This document shows, in pieces, positions 32,957 through 42,668 of a DNA stretch of 64,000 nt. Positions within the stretch are counted from its first letter, which is position 1. Every line of letters begins with the position of its first letter. A program made the position numbers and the translations under genes. The stretch is from the NCBI GenBank assembly GCA_024278985.1, contig JAJRSC010000005.1:11428-75427 (forward strand). Reading direction: 5' to 3'. The stretch comes from an archaeon (GTDB lineage Archaea > AGJL01 > Methanococci > Methanococcales > Methanocaldococcaceae). The notes under the pieces are model-generated. The model was not told the origin of the DNA and did not search any database. It saw nothing but the letters and a program-made list of their open reading frames with translations.

Positions 32957-33577
32957 AAACTCACCACTAAATTACTATCGTAATTAGAATATATGCACTT
33001 CGAAAATTAGAAACTTTCTATTTTAGAATTTCGTCAATTAACTAAATTTAAATCTATAAAATAATTTTTTATTTCTTTTAAAAACGTGAATATAATTTTA
33101 TTACATTAAAAATATTGTGAATATAATTTTATTTTTTTGTATTTTATATTAATAATCCCTCAGAAATAAACTTTAATAATTTTACAATAAATATATAAAC
33201 TATTCTTATGAAATAAAGTTTTTTTTAATTCTTCTCATGAGAATAAAAAATACATAAGTAAATATAAATTATCATGAATCTAACATTTTTATAATATATA
33301 AACTATGAATCAAATTTTATTATAGTTATAACAAGTATAAAATATCTGAGATAAAAATAAAATAAAAAAAGAAATCATTTTATATTAGAAATTATGTTGA
33401 GTTTTATCAAATCTATAAAAAATTGAAAATTATTTTCAATATTAACATAGTAATAAAAATCCATAAATTTATGATAGTAAATTATAATATGAATCTAAAG
33501 GTATTTATATGATAAAAAGAAAAAATAATTGAGCAACTGTAAAGATAAAATATAAAATTTTATTAAAAAAATAAAAA
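32957..33577. other. ~620-bp AT-rich divergent intergenic region with repeats; candidate replication origin/regulatory region
   Basis: GTGAATATAATTTTATT at 33086-33102 and 33117-33133; ATGAATCWAA at 33274, 33305 and 33489. Confidence 0.45.
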
Positions 33578-33589
33578 TTGGTGATTAAT

Positions 33590-34117
33590 ATGGAAAGATT
33601 GCCATATGAGGTCGTATCAACTATATTCAGAAAAGCCATTTTACACTATTTAGTAATAACCGGACAAGTATTTCCTACAAAATTATCCAAAGATTTGGGT
33701 ATATCAAAAGGACTCTCATCAGGGTTTTTAAGACTATGTAACGCTTTAGGTGTAGTAAAAAGAGAAAGAAACAAACATAAAGTTTTATATTCACTAACGG
33801 GTAAAGGAGTGGCAGTTTTAAAAAGATTAGCGCCCGAAATATTTGATTTAAGTTTTAGTGAGGTTTTCGAAACACTTTCGAAAAGTAAGTTTTCTACTAA
33901 ACATTACCCATTAGCCAAGTTAGGATTTAGAATAGAGTATGAAGAAGATAACTTCAAGGGAGTGACTTTTTACTTTTATGACTATGATAACAACCTTTTA
34001 GGAACGGTATATAGGAATTCTCAGAATATTTGGTGGTGTAGTATATGTAAAAAAGAGGCATGTAAGCATATCGATTACGCCAAAAAGCTATATAATAAAT
34101 TGAAAAATATAAATTAA
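33590..34117 (+). CDS. wHTH protein with C-terminal SWIM-like Zn finger (MJ0773-like)
   Basis: GGTGA RBS before ATG 33590; N-terminal ArsR/MarR-like HTH (PTKLSKDLGISKG...YSLTGKG); C-terminal WCSICKKEACKH. Confidence 0.8.
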   Translation: MERLPYEVVSTIFRKAILHYLVITGQVFPTKLSKDLGISKGLSSGFLRLCNALGVVKRERNKHKVLYSLTGKGVAVLKRLAPEIFDLSFSEVFETLSKSKFSTKHYPLAKLGFRIEYEEDNFKGVTFYFYDYDNNLLGTVYRNSQNIWWCSICKKEACKHIDYAKKLYNKLKNIN

Positions 34118-34120
34118 TAA

Positions 34121-34497
34121 TTTTCGAGTTTTCGAGTTGCATGTATGTATATGCCACGGTTGTGTATATAGAAAATTTTTAGAAAAAAATTATCACAAAA
34201 ATTTTAGGCAGTAGTATGCTCTTTTTTAGTTTAGATAATACAGTATTTTAGAGATTTTATAAAAATGTCAACAAATATTTTTTTGTTTTTGTGAAAAATA
34301 ATAATTTGACATTATTATATTTTATAATTTTTATTTTATTTTATTTTTTTAATTTAACAAATAAATTTTTTATAAAATTCTTTTATTGTACAAAAACAAA
34401 AATTAATAAAAAATTTTTGTTGTGATAATTTTGGTTTATGTGTTTTGTATATCTTTCCCTTAACCATATACATACATGCAATTCGAAAACTCGAAAA
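34121..34497. repeat. 377-bp non-coding element bounded by 33-bp inverted repeats (32/33), with in-register inner inverted repeats and an AT-rich core
   Basis: TTTTCGAGTTTTCGAGTTGCATGTATGTATATG (34121-34153) vs CATATACATACATGCAATTCGAAAACTCGAAAA (34465-34497); AAAATTATCACAA (34186-34198) vs TTGTGATAATTTT (34420-34432). Confidence 0.9.
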
Positions 34498-34600
34498 CCT
34501 TATTTAAAAAGTGATTATATTTATGTATCAACAATACACAAGTGTTTTTAAATTTCAAAAAAATAGTAATAAAACATTTACCTTAAAATAGAAATATTTC

Positions 34601-35638
34601 CTATATATCACTCGAAAACTCGAAAATACAGCAGTCTAACAGAAATAGTGATATAAAAGAATTGTATTTATTTTTTTTGTATTTCCTCAATAATTCTATA
34701 AACTTAGGAGTATTTTTTTTCTTTAATTTAAACCTAATCTTACCTCTAACTTTGTATTTTGCTAAAATACCCATATTACATAAATCATTTAAGTATTTAT
34801 ATAGTGTTATATATTTAAAATCTACTTTGTTATAAATATCTTCAATTTTAAAACTTTTTAGTTTAATAACTATTTCAACAAGCTTTTTATATTTTCTATC
34901 AACTATGTAGGGAAGTATTTTAAGCCATGGAATTTTTAATTCTCTAATTGTTTTTAACTACCTTTTACAGTGTTTTAATATTATTTCAATTACTTCTAAA
35001 TTACCATTTGTTATATTATAAAGATGTTCTGCTACTTTTCTACTAATACAATAGCCAAGTTTTTTAGCAAAGTATCTAATAACTCCAATAATATTTATTA
35101 TTCCTTCAGGAAAATGTTTTAAAACTTCTTTATGGCACTCTATAGGATACCTTAGAACAACACTTATATTATTTTTTCTTAGTTCTTTAACAAATCTTAT
35201 AAAACTCTTTTTATAGTTCCATTTTCTAATGTCATGAATATCCAAAACAATAATTGGATTTATTGATTTTAATATAGCTAATAACTTACCTCTAACTTTA
35301 TAAAAATCCCAATTTTTGATATTGATAAAAAACTCCTTTATAGCCTTAAACCATGCCTTTTTAGCTCTATAATGTTTTTTAAAATATTTTTTTTCTACAA
35401 TATAATTAAATAAATTTTCAAACCATCCAGAATTTTTATTAACTAAATAATATTTATCTTTTAATAAAAATGCTAATCTTAAAATTATCTTTTTAATGTT
35501 TGGAGTTCCCAATACTCTAAATATTGGAAATTTGTTAAAATAAAATTCACCACCCTCCTCTAAAATATTCTCTCTATGAGTTGGAAATAAATATAATCCA
35601 TTAAAAAATTCTTCAGGTATATCTTTAATTATCATCAT
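34601..35638 (-). CDS. Degenerate ATPase-like protein with C-terminal wHTH (MJ0772-like); in-frame TAG at 34958-34960
   Basis: Frame stays open 118 codons past the TAG (LKTIRELKIPW...FKIEDIYNKVDFKYITLYKYLNDLCNMGIL...) to TAG at 34601; PIIVLD and LYNITNGNL resemble Walker B and helical motifs; no Walker A. Confidence 0.65.
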
Positions 35639-36308
35639 CTTTAATCCTTTTAATTATTGCTATAGAGAGATAGTCAGAAAATTCATCAAAATTTATATTG
35701 TCTATGTTCCCAATAGCTATTTTTTCATCTTCAAATGTAGCCCTTTTAACTAATCCAACAATTATATTTTTATTATTGATTTTTTTTAATACATCTTTTA
35801 AGTTTTTTGTTTTCATTACTATTATAGTATCAAAATCATTAATATACTTTTCAATATCTTTACCATGTGGTAAAATACATAATTTTTCATTACCCTCTAC
35901 TAATGGCATATTTAATGCTTTAGCAGCTGAAAATATGGATGAGATTCCATTTATTATTTCAACTTTAACCCCTTTTTTTGCTAAAATTTTCCAAATATAT
36001 GAGAAAGTACTATATAAAGTAGGGTCTCCAAGAGTTAGAACAGCAACATCTTTATTTTCTTTTAAAATTTTTTCAGCTGCTTTTTCCCTATAATATTTTA
36101 ATTTTTCTTTATATTTAATCATAGGAAATAGAAGTGTTTCAACTTCTTTATCTTTAATATAATCCTTAACAATTTCATAGGCAACTGATGGTTTTCCTTC
36201 TTTTGATATTGGAACAAATATTTTATCAACTTTTTTTAATATATTTAAAGATTTTAGGGTTATTAATTCTTTATCTCCTGGTCCTACTCCAATACCATAA
36301 ACAATCAT
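35625..36308 (-). CDS. cbiL: Cobalt-factor II / precorrin-2 C20-methyltransferase
   Basis: YGIGVGPGDKELITLK, LLFPM, TLGDPTLYSTF, GISS. Confidence 0.88.
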   Translation of the reverse strand: MIVYGIGVGPGDKELITLKSLNILKKVDKIFVPISKEGKPSVAYEIVKDYIKDKEVETLLFPMIKYKEKLKYYREKAAEKILKENKDVAVLTLGDPTLYSTFSYIWKILAKKGVKVEIINGISSIFSAAKALNMPLVEGNEKLCILPHGKDIEKYINDFDTIIVMKTKNLKDVLKKINNKNIIVGLVKRATFEDEKIAIGNIDNINFDEFSDYLSIAIIKRIKDDDN

Positions 36309-36318
36309 TTTAATCCCT

Positions 36319-36501
36319 TTATTCTTTTACAGTTATAGCAAATTTCCCTTTAAAATCTATATTTATTTTTTTGGCAATTTCTGATTTTTTAGGGTCAATA
36401 ATAATTAATAAACCTGTCCAGTTTTCACTTGTTGGAGAACCACATATAGGACATTCATCTTCTTCAGTAAGATATTTACATTTTAAACATGCCTTTAACA
36501 T
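36319..36501 (-). CDS. spt4: Transcription elongation factor Spt4 (RpoE2)
   Basis: ACLKC...CPICG, ENWTG, DPKKSEIA; follows rpoE1. Confidence 0.93.
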   Translation of the reverse strand: MLKACLKCKYLTEEDECPICGSPTSENWTGLLIIIDPKKSEIAKKINIDFKGKFAITVKE

Positions 36502-36502
36502 A

Positions 36503-37075
36503 TTATTTCACCATCATATTCTTCTCTTTCTTCTTTTTCTCTTCTTCAATCCATTCAATTTTTCCTAAATATGGCTGTCTCATGGTTAAAGCTATTTTAC
36601 TACCTCTCTTTCTTTCTGGTCTTAAACTTACTGCAACAATTCTTGCTCTAACTATGTCTCCAATTTCTATAACCTTCCCACTCTCTTTTCCTATTATTGC
36701 CTCTCTTTTTGGGTCATAAACCACATAATCATCCATTATTTGAGAAACATGGACTAAACCATCTAATGGTCCTAACCTTACAAAAGCTCCAAATTCAACA
36801 ACATCAACAACCTCTCCCTCAACAACTTCATATAACTCTGGTTTATAAACTAAGACTTCAAATTCTACAGGATGATAAGCTGACCCATCTCCATGAACAA
36901 CTAATCCAGTCCCTACTTTATTAACATCAACAATTGATAAAACAAACCCAATATCTTTGTCTAATCTACTCTCATATTTATCTATTAAAATCTTTTTTAT
37001 AGTTTCTTTTAAATCATTCCCAAATTCATCTGGAGGAACTTTAACAATATCTAAAACCTTCAATATTTTATACAC
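36503..37075 (-). CDS. rpoE1: RNA polymerase subunit E' (Rpo7)
   Basis: GDGSAYH, S1 domain [28 protein letters not shown]. Confidence 0.95.
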   Translation of the reverse strand: MYKILKVLDIVKVPPDEFGNDLKETIKKILIDKYESRLDKDIGFVLSIVDVNKVGTGLVVHGDGSAYHPVEFEVLVYKPELYEVVEGEVVDVVEFGAFVRLGPLDGLVHVSQIMDDYVVYDPKREAIIGKESGKVIEIGDIVRARIVAVSLRPERKRGSKIALTMRQPYLGKIEWIEEEKKKKEKNMMVK

Positions 37076-37166
37076 TATCCCACCCTAAATTTTTGAAATA
37101 TAAAAAAATAAAAAATAAGATTGAGATGAATAAAAAAATCTAATAAAAAATTGTTAAAATAAAAAA

Positions 37167-37245
37167 TGGTAGCGGGGGGAGGATTTGAACCTCCGATCTC
37201 CGGGTTATGAGCCCGGCGGGATGGACCTGGCTACCCCACCCCGCT
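37167..37245 (-). tRNA. Initiator tRNA-Met(CAT)
   Basis: Reverse complement AGCGGGG...CCGGGCTCATAACCCGG...GGTTCAAATCC...CCCCGCTACCA; A1:U72 pair and three G-C pairs in the anticodon stem. Confidence 0.95.
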
Positions 37246-37329
37246 ACATAAATCCAAAAAAGAGCAATATATTTTTAATAAGAAAATAATATATAAAATT
37301 TTTGTTGTTGTGCTATTTTCCTTCACAAC

Positions 37330-38940
37330 TTATAACATGTATCTTTTTCTTTTTTCAACATCATCCATTAATGATAGGATTAATTTCCAATTTTTAAATT
37401 CTTTTTTATATCCCTCTAAGAACTTTTCCCAAATATTATTATATGTTGAGTAATGTGTTGATTGTATTGCCTTTTTAAAAACTATTAAATCAACAGCTTT
37501 ATCTTCATCTAAGTTAGAATATTTTGATAATCCAAAGTCAATTATATATAAATCATTATCAGCATAAATAAAGTTAGATGTAGTTAAATCATTATGAATA
37601 ATGTTATTTTTATGTAATTTCCCAACAATTTCTCCAACTTTAATAGCCAAATCTATATTGTTATCAATAATATCCTTTAATTTTGACCCCTTTATATAGG
37701 ATAACGTTATTTTTTTATTTTTTAAATCTACATCAAACACATAGGGGGCTTTAATGTTAAAATCTTTAATATATGATAAAAATTTAGCTTCTTTATTTGT
37801 TCTCTCTTTTCTAATTCTTTCATCTAATTCTAAATTCCTATAATTTTTTTTCATTCTTTCTTTAATAACAACATCATAATCTAAATATTTAGATTTTTTT
37901 ATACTTGCTTCAGCTCCTTTTCCTATAAGGTCTTTAGGGAGTTTTCTTTTCCTTCCTTTAACTTCTTTAATCCAACTAACCTCTACCATATCAGTCCTAT
38001 AGTAGGGAATAATTTTAGTATCTTCAATGTTCATCCTTTTTCCACTTTTATACTCTAAAATACCAAGCCATGCAATCATTGCTCCATTATCTCCACAGAC
38101 ATCTTTAGGTGGAATATAAAAATCTGCTCCTTGTTCTTTACTCATTTCCTTTAACATTTCTTGTAATCTTTTATTTACTGCAACACCTCCAACTAATAAA
38201 ACTTCTCCTTTTTCTGTATGTGCTAATGCCCTCTCAGTTATTTCTGTTAGCATAGCAAAAGCATACTCCTGTAAAGAGAAGCAAACATCTTCTTTACTTT
38301 CTCCACCATCATATGCCCTCATACATGCAGTTAATAAACCTGAAAAGGCAACATCCATTCCTTTAACAGTGTAAGGAAGATTTAATAATTTTTTTCCTTT
38401 CTTTGCAAGTTCTTCAATATATGGCCCTCCTGGATGAGGTAGAGATAGATATCTTGCAAGTTGGTCTAAACAATTTCCAACAGCAATATCTAATGTTTCC
38501 CCAAAAACTCTATATTTTTTAGCAATATATGCAATAACTTGAGTATTTCCACCACTTACATAAAGAGTTAAAGGGTCTTCAGCTTTAGTTGTTAATTTTC
38601 CTATTTCAATATGGGCAATACAGTGATTTACTCCAATTATTGGAACTCCTAAACTTAATGCTAATGCTCTTGCAGCAGTAGCTGTAACTCTTAAACTTGG
38701 TCCTAATCCAGGACCCTGAGAAAAAGCAACTAAGTCGATATCTTTTTTATCAACGACATTAAAAGCTTCTTTTATTAATTTTGGAAATGTTTCTGCATGA
38801 TGGTCTGCAGCTTCTCTTGGATTTATTCCCTGTTTAGGAGGGGTGTAAATAACTGACTTATTAAAAAGAATCTCTCCATCATCTGTAACTATACCAACTC
38901 CTGTTTTTTCAGCAGTACCTTCAAGTCCTATACATATCAT
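37330..38940 (-). CDS. kae1: Kae1-Bud32 fusion (t6A synthesis, KEOPS)
   Basis: [38 protein letters not shown], then kinase [19 protein letters not shown]; start set at MICIG. Confidence 0.95.
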   Translation of the reverse strand: MICIGLEGTAEKTGVGIVTDDGEILFNKSVIYTPPKQGINPREAADHHAETFPKLIKEAFNVVDKKDIDLVAFSQGPGLGPSLRVTATAARALALSLGVPIIGVNHCIAHIEIGKLTTKAEDPLTLYVSGGNTQVIAYIAKKYRVFGETLDIAVGNCLDQLARYLSLPHPGGPYIEELAKKGKKLLNLPYTVKGMDVAFSGLLTACMRAYDGGESKEDVCFSLQEYAFAMLTEITERALAHTEKGEVLLVGGVAVNKRLQEMLKEMSKEQGADFYIPPKDVCGDNGAMIAWLGILEYKSGKRMNIEDTKIIPYYRTDMVEVSWIKEVKGRKRKLPKDLIGKGAEASIKKSKYLDYDVVIKERMKKNYRNLELDERIRKERTNKEAKFLSYIKDFNIKAPYVFDVDLKNKKITLSYIKGSKLKDIIDNNIDLAIKVGEIVGKLHKNNIIHNDLTTSNFIYADNDLYIIDFGLSKYSNLDEDKAVDLIVFKKAIQSTHYSTYNNIWEKFLEGYKKEFKNWKLILSLMDDVEKRKRYML

Positions 38941-39033
38941 AATTTTCCCTAATGATGTAGTTTTAAAGTAAAATATATTATATACCAAATACCTTAATTT
39001 AATTTTTGATAAAACTATCTAAAGGTTTTTGAA

Positions 39034-39936
39034 ATGCTTGAAATAGAAATAAAAAATATTAAGTTTAAAAATCCAGTATTTTTGGCAAGTGGAATAATGG
39101 GCTCTACTGGAAAAAGTTTGATTAGAATAGCTAAAAATGGAGCAGGGGCAGTTACTACTAAATCAATAGGTTATTATCCAAACAAAGGACATAAAAATCC
39201 AACTATTGTGGAGCTTGGAGATAGTATATTAAATGCTATTGGCTTATCAAATCCTGGAATAGAGGAGTATGAAGAAGAACTTAAAAAAGCAAAACCTATT
39301 TTAGAAAAGATGAATACTAAAATAATTGGTTCTATATATGGAAAAGATGAAGAGGAATTTATAAAAGTTGCTAAAGTTATGGAAAAATATGTTGATATTA
39401 TTGAACTAAATATATCCTGTCCTCATGCTAAGGGATATGGTGCAACAATAGGACAAAATCCTGAATTAACATATAATGTATGTAGAGCAGTTAAAAAATC
39501 TGTTTCAGTTCCAGTTTTTGCTAAATTAACACCAAATGTTACAGATATTATTGAAATTGCAGAATCAGCATACAATGCTAAAATTGATGGATTTGTGGCT
39601 ATAAATACAGTTAGAGGTATGAAAATAGATATTAAAGCTAAAAAACCAATTTTATATAATAAATTTGGAGGTTTAAGTGGTAGAGCAATAAAACCTATTG
39701 GGGTTAAAATTGTTTATGATTTATATGAAAACTTTAATCTTCCTATTATTGGAGTTGGAGGAATTTTTAATGGAGAGGATGCAATTGAGTATTTTTTAGC
39801 AGGAGCTTCAGCTGTACAAGTTGGAACTGCTGTAATGAAAGATTATAACATATTCAAAAAAATATGTGAAGAGATAAAAAAATATCTAATTGAAGAAGAT
39901 TTAAAATTAAAGGAAATAATTGGAATGGCTCATTAA
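39034..39936 (+). CDS. pyrD: Dihydroorotate dehydrogenase class 1B
   Basis: NPVFLASG, TTKS, NAIGLSNPG, LNISCPH, KLTP, GGLSG, VQVGTA. Confidence 0.95.
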   Translation: MLEIEIKNIKFKNPVFLASGIMGSTGKSLIRIAKNGAGAVTTKSIGYYPNKGHKNPTIVELGDSILNAIGLSNPGIEEYEEELKKAKPILEKMNTKIIGSIYGKDEEEFIKVAKVMEKYVDIIELNISCPHAKGYGATIGQNPELTYNVCRAVKKSVSVPVFAKLTPNVTDIIEIAESAYNAKIDGFVAINTVRGMKIDIKAKKPILYNKFGGLSGRAIKPIGVKIVYDLYENFNLPIIGVGGIFNGEDAIEYFLAGASAVQVGTAVMKDYNIFKKICEEIKKYLIEEDLKLKEIIGMAH

Positions 39937-40496
39937 TCTTTATTATACTCATCTAAGCAATCTTCACAGAGATATCTACCATTATAATATCTTAAAATTC
40001 CATAGTTTCCACAAGATTCACATATTCCTTCTATAACCTCTTCTTTTTCTGATTCTATATTTGATGATGAATATTTAGAATACTCTAAAATGATATCTAT
40101 TATTCTTGGAGCAATTCTAACAATATCACTTTGAGTTACTATTCCTATTACACTTCCATCTTTTACTACTGGAAGACGTTTTATATTGTATTTTGCCATT
40201 AGTTCAGCAGCTTCTTTTATAGGTTTATTATATTCAATAGTTATTACTTTTTTTCTCATTACTTCCTCAACTTTTACATCTTTAGGCTTTAAATTTTTTG
40301 CAACTACTTTTTTAATAATATCTCTCTCAGTAATTATACCAATTGGTTTATTGTTTTCATCAACAACAATAACTGCCCCTATATTTTTATCTTTTAATAT
40401 ATTTGCAACTTCATATATAGTAGTGTCTTTATTTACACTATTTACTGGAAAACTCATTATTTCTGAGACTGGAATATTTAAAGTTTCTTCAATCAT
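39933..40496 (-). CDS. CBS-pair protein with C-terminal Zn ribbon
   Basis: GIITERDI, RLPVV..GIVTQSDI, GICESCG...LCEDC. Confidence 0.85.
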   Translation of the reverse strand: MIEETLNIPVSEIMSFPVNSVNKDTTIYEVANILKDKNIGAVIVVDENNKPIGIITERDIIKKVVAKNLKPKDVKVEEVMRKKVITIEYNKPIKEAAELMAKYNIKRLPVVKDGSVIGIVTQSDIVRIAPRIIDIILEYSKYSSSNIESEKEEVIEGICESCGNYGILRYYNGRYLCEDCLDEYNKD

Positions 40497-40852
40497 AACA
40501 TCTCACCTAAATAACCTCTAAACTAATTAACTTAAGTTAATTTTTATTTATATTTTATTTTATCCTAATAAATTTATATATGTTAATATTCTGCTAATAT
40601 ATTATTATGTATATTAAAATATATATTACTTTGTTAGTAATAATAAAGAAAATAAAGAAACAACTAACAGTATGATTATGGATAAACTATTCTTTATTAA
40701 TTCTTAACTACACTTTTTGACAACTTCATAAAATGATATCCCATTTTTGTGGCTTAAATATTCGATACAATTAAATAGCATCCCTATTTGTTTTAAAAAT
40801 TCGATATTATAATAAATAATTTCCCTTAACGTCTAAAATCGATTTATCTCGT

Positions 40853-41938
40853 TTATGTTTTTCCTCTACTTCTATATTTATAAAATATTCTACACGTTCC
40901 TTCTTCTGAGACCATACAACTACCAACTGGATTTAATGGATTACAAACTTTTCCAAATAACTTACAGTCAGTTGGAAGTTTTTCTCCTCTTAAAATTTTA
41001 TCGCATATACAACCTTTAGGGATTTTTTCTTTAATTTCTGGGATATATTCATGTTCATAAATATCAAATCTTTTATATTCCTCTTTTAAGCCAAAACCAC
41101 CATTTTTAATAACTGGAAATCCTCTCCATCTACATGAAATACTTTCAAAAACCTCATTTATTATTTTTTGAGCTAAAACATTTCCTTCAGGTTTTACAGC
41201 TCTTATATATTCATTCTCAACTTTTGCCTCTCCATTAATTACTTGCTTTAATATCATAATTATAGCCATTAATACATCAATTGGCTCAAATCCAGCAACA
41301 ACCATTGGAGCTTTGTATTTTTCACATAACTTATAATATGGTTTTAAGCCAGTTATTGTTGAAACATGTCCAGGGCAGATAAAAGCGTCTAAATAAACAC
41401 CCTCACTCAGTAAAAACTCCATAACTGGAGGTGTTTGTCTATGACAATTTAAAATAAAAAAGTTGTCAATATCTTTATTTTTTAAATTTATAAGTTCTGC
41501 TCCAGTTGTTGGAGCAGTTGTCTCAAATCCAATAGCTACAAAAATAAATTTTTTATCTCTCTCTTTTTTAGCCATCTTTACAGCATCACTTATACTATAA
41601 ACAATTCTGACATCACAACCCTCAGATTGCTTTTCCATTAATGATTTTTCACTTCCTGGCACTCTATATATATCTCCAAGGGTTGTTATAACATATCCAT
41701 TATCTGCTAAATATATGGCTGTATCAATCTCTTTTTGTGTTGTTACACATACAGGACACCCAGGGCCTGGAACAACAGTTATATTTTTGGGTAATATTTC
41801 TCTAATACCATATTTACAAATTGTATGTTCATGACTACCACATACATGCATAATTTTTAATTTATCAACTTTATTAGAAAGTTCATTTATTTTGTCAATT
41901 GCCTTTTTTATGAGAGTTTTGTCATTTAAATTAATCAT
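40853..41938 (-). CDS. hypD: Hydrogenase maturation protein HypD
   Basis: VCGSHEH, GPGCPVC, GFETT, PGHVS, CMVSEEGTC. Confidence 0.96.
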   Translation of the reverse strand: MINLNDKTLIKKAIDKINELSNKVDKLKIMHVCGSHEHTICKYGIREILPKNITVVPGPGCPVCVTTQKEIDTAIYLADNGYVITTLGDIYRVPGSEKSLMEKQSEGCDVRIVYSISDAVKMAKKERDKKFIFVAIGFETTAPTTGAELINLKNKDIDNFFILNCHRQTPPVMEFLLSEGVYLDAFICPGHVSTITGLKPYYKLCEKYKAPMVVAGFEPIDVLMAIIMILKQVINGEAKVENEYIRAVKPEGNVLAQKIINEVFESISCRWRGFPVIKNGGFGLKEEYKRFDIYEHEYIPEIKEKIPKGCICDKILRGEKLPTDCKLFGKVCNPLNPVGSCMVSEEGTCRIFYKYRSRGKT

Positions 41939-42668
41939 CGTTTCCCTCTAATTTTCTTAGATTTTTAATAACCTCTAAAATTCCCTCAATAGTGTATTTC
42001 TTAGGAATCAGTGGTTTAAAGCCAAAATCTTTAATAACTTTGGCAGTTATTGGACCAATAGCAACAATATAATTATTCTTTATAATATTGGTAAAATCCT
42101 CATCAACATATTTAAAAAAGTTTTTTGCAGTTAATCCACTTGTAAAAGTTAAAATAAATCTTTTATCTTTTAATTCTTCTTTTAATTTGTTAATTTTTTC
42201 CTTTAAATTTTCTGGCTCAACAGATTTATATACAAACACCAAATCAGCATTTAAGTTATTTTTTAAAATATCCCTTGTTGATGGTGTTGTAGGAATTAAA
42301 AATTTTTCATTACTTTTAGCAACTTTTTTAATCTCCTCTAAGAGAGAGTCAGCAGTGTATTCTTTTGGAATTATATCTGGTTCTCTACCAAAATATTTTT
42401 TAAAAGTTTTTGCTGTTTTTTCTCCAATAACTGCAATTTTTTTATTTTTTATTATTTCTTTTTGATTCTTATTTATTATGTTATATAATCCAATAACTCC
42501 ACTTGGTGATGTAAAAACTACCCAATCATAGTTATTTAAACTAACTTCTACATTTTTGTTATAAATAAGTTTTAAAGTTGGAAATATTACTGGCTCAAAG
42601 TTCTCTTTTTTTAATAACTCTGCAAATGTTTTAGCTCTCTCTATAGGTCTTGTTATAATAACTTTCAT
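41931..42668 (-). CDS. hemD: Uroporphyrinogen-III synthase
   Basis: VIITRP, VFTSPSGV, VIGEKTA, FTSG, AIGPITA. Confidence 0.9.
   Translation of the reverse strand: MKVIITRPIERAKTFAELLKKENFEPVIFPTLKLIYNKNVEVSLNNYDWVVFTSPSGVIGLYNIINKNQKEIIKNKKIAVIGEKTAKTFKKYFGREPDIIPKEYTADSLLEEIKKVAKSNEKFLIPTTPSTRDILKNNLNADLVFVYKSVEPENLKEKINKLKEELKDKRFILTFTSGLTAKNFFKYVDEDFTNIIKNNYIVAIGPITAKVIKDFGFKPLIPKKYTIEGILEVIKNLRKLEGNDD

Noticed and set aside
33954-34157. 67-aa minus-strand ORF starting inside the left repeat arm
   Set aside because: Antisense to the wHTH-SWIM gene, with no RBS or motif
34121-34497. Calling the inverted-repeat element an IS/MITE or simple terminator
   Set aside because: No transposase, no visible target-site duplication, arms 311 bp apart; kept as an unassigned repeat (MITE not fully excluded)
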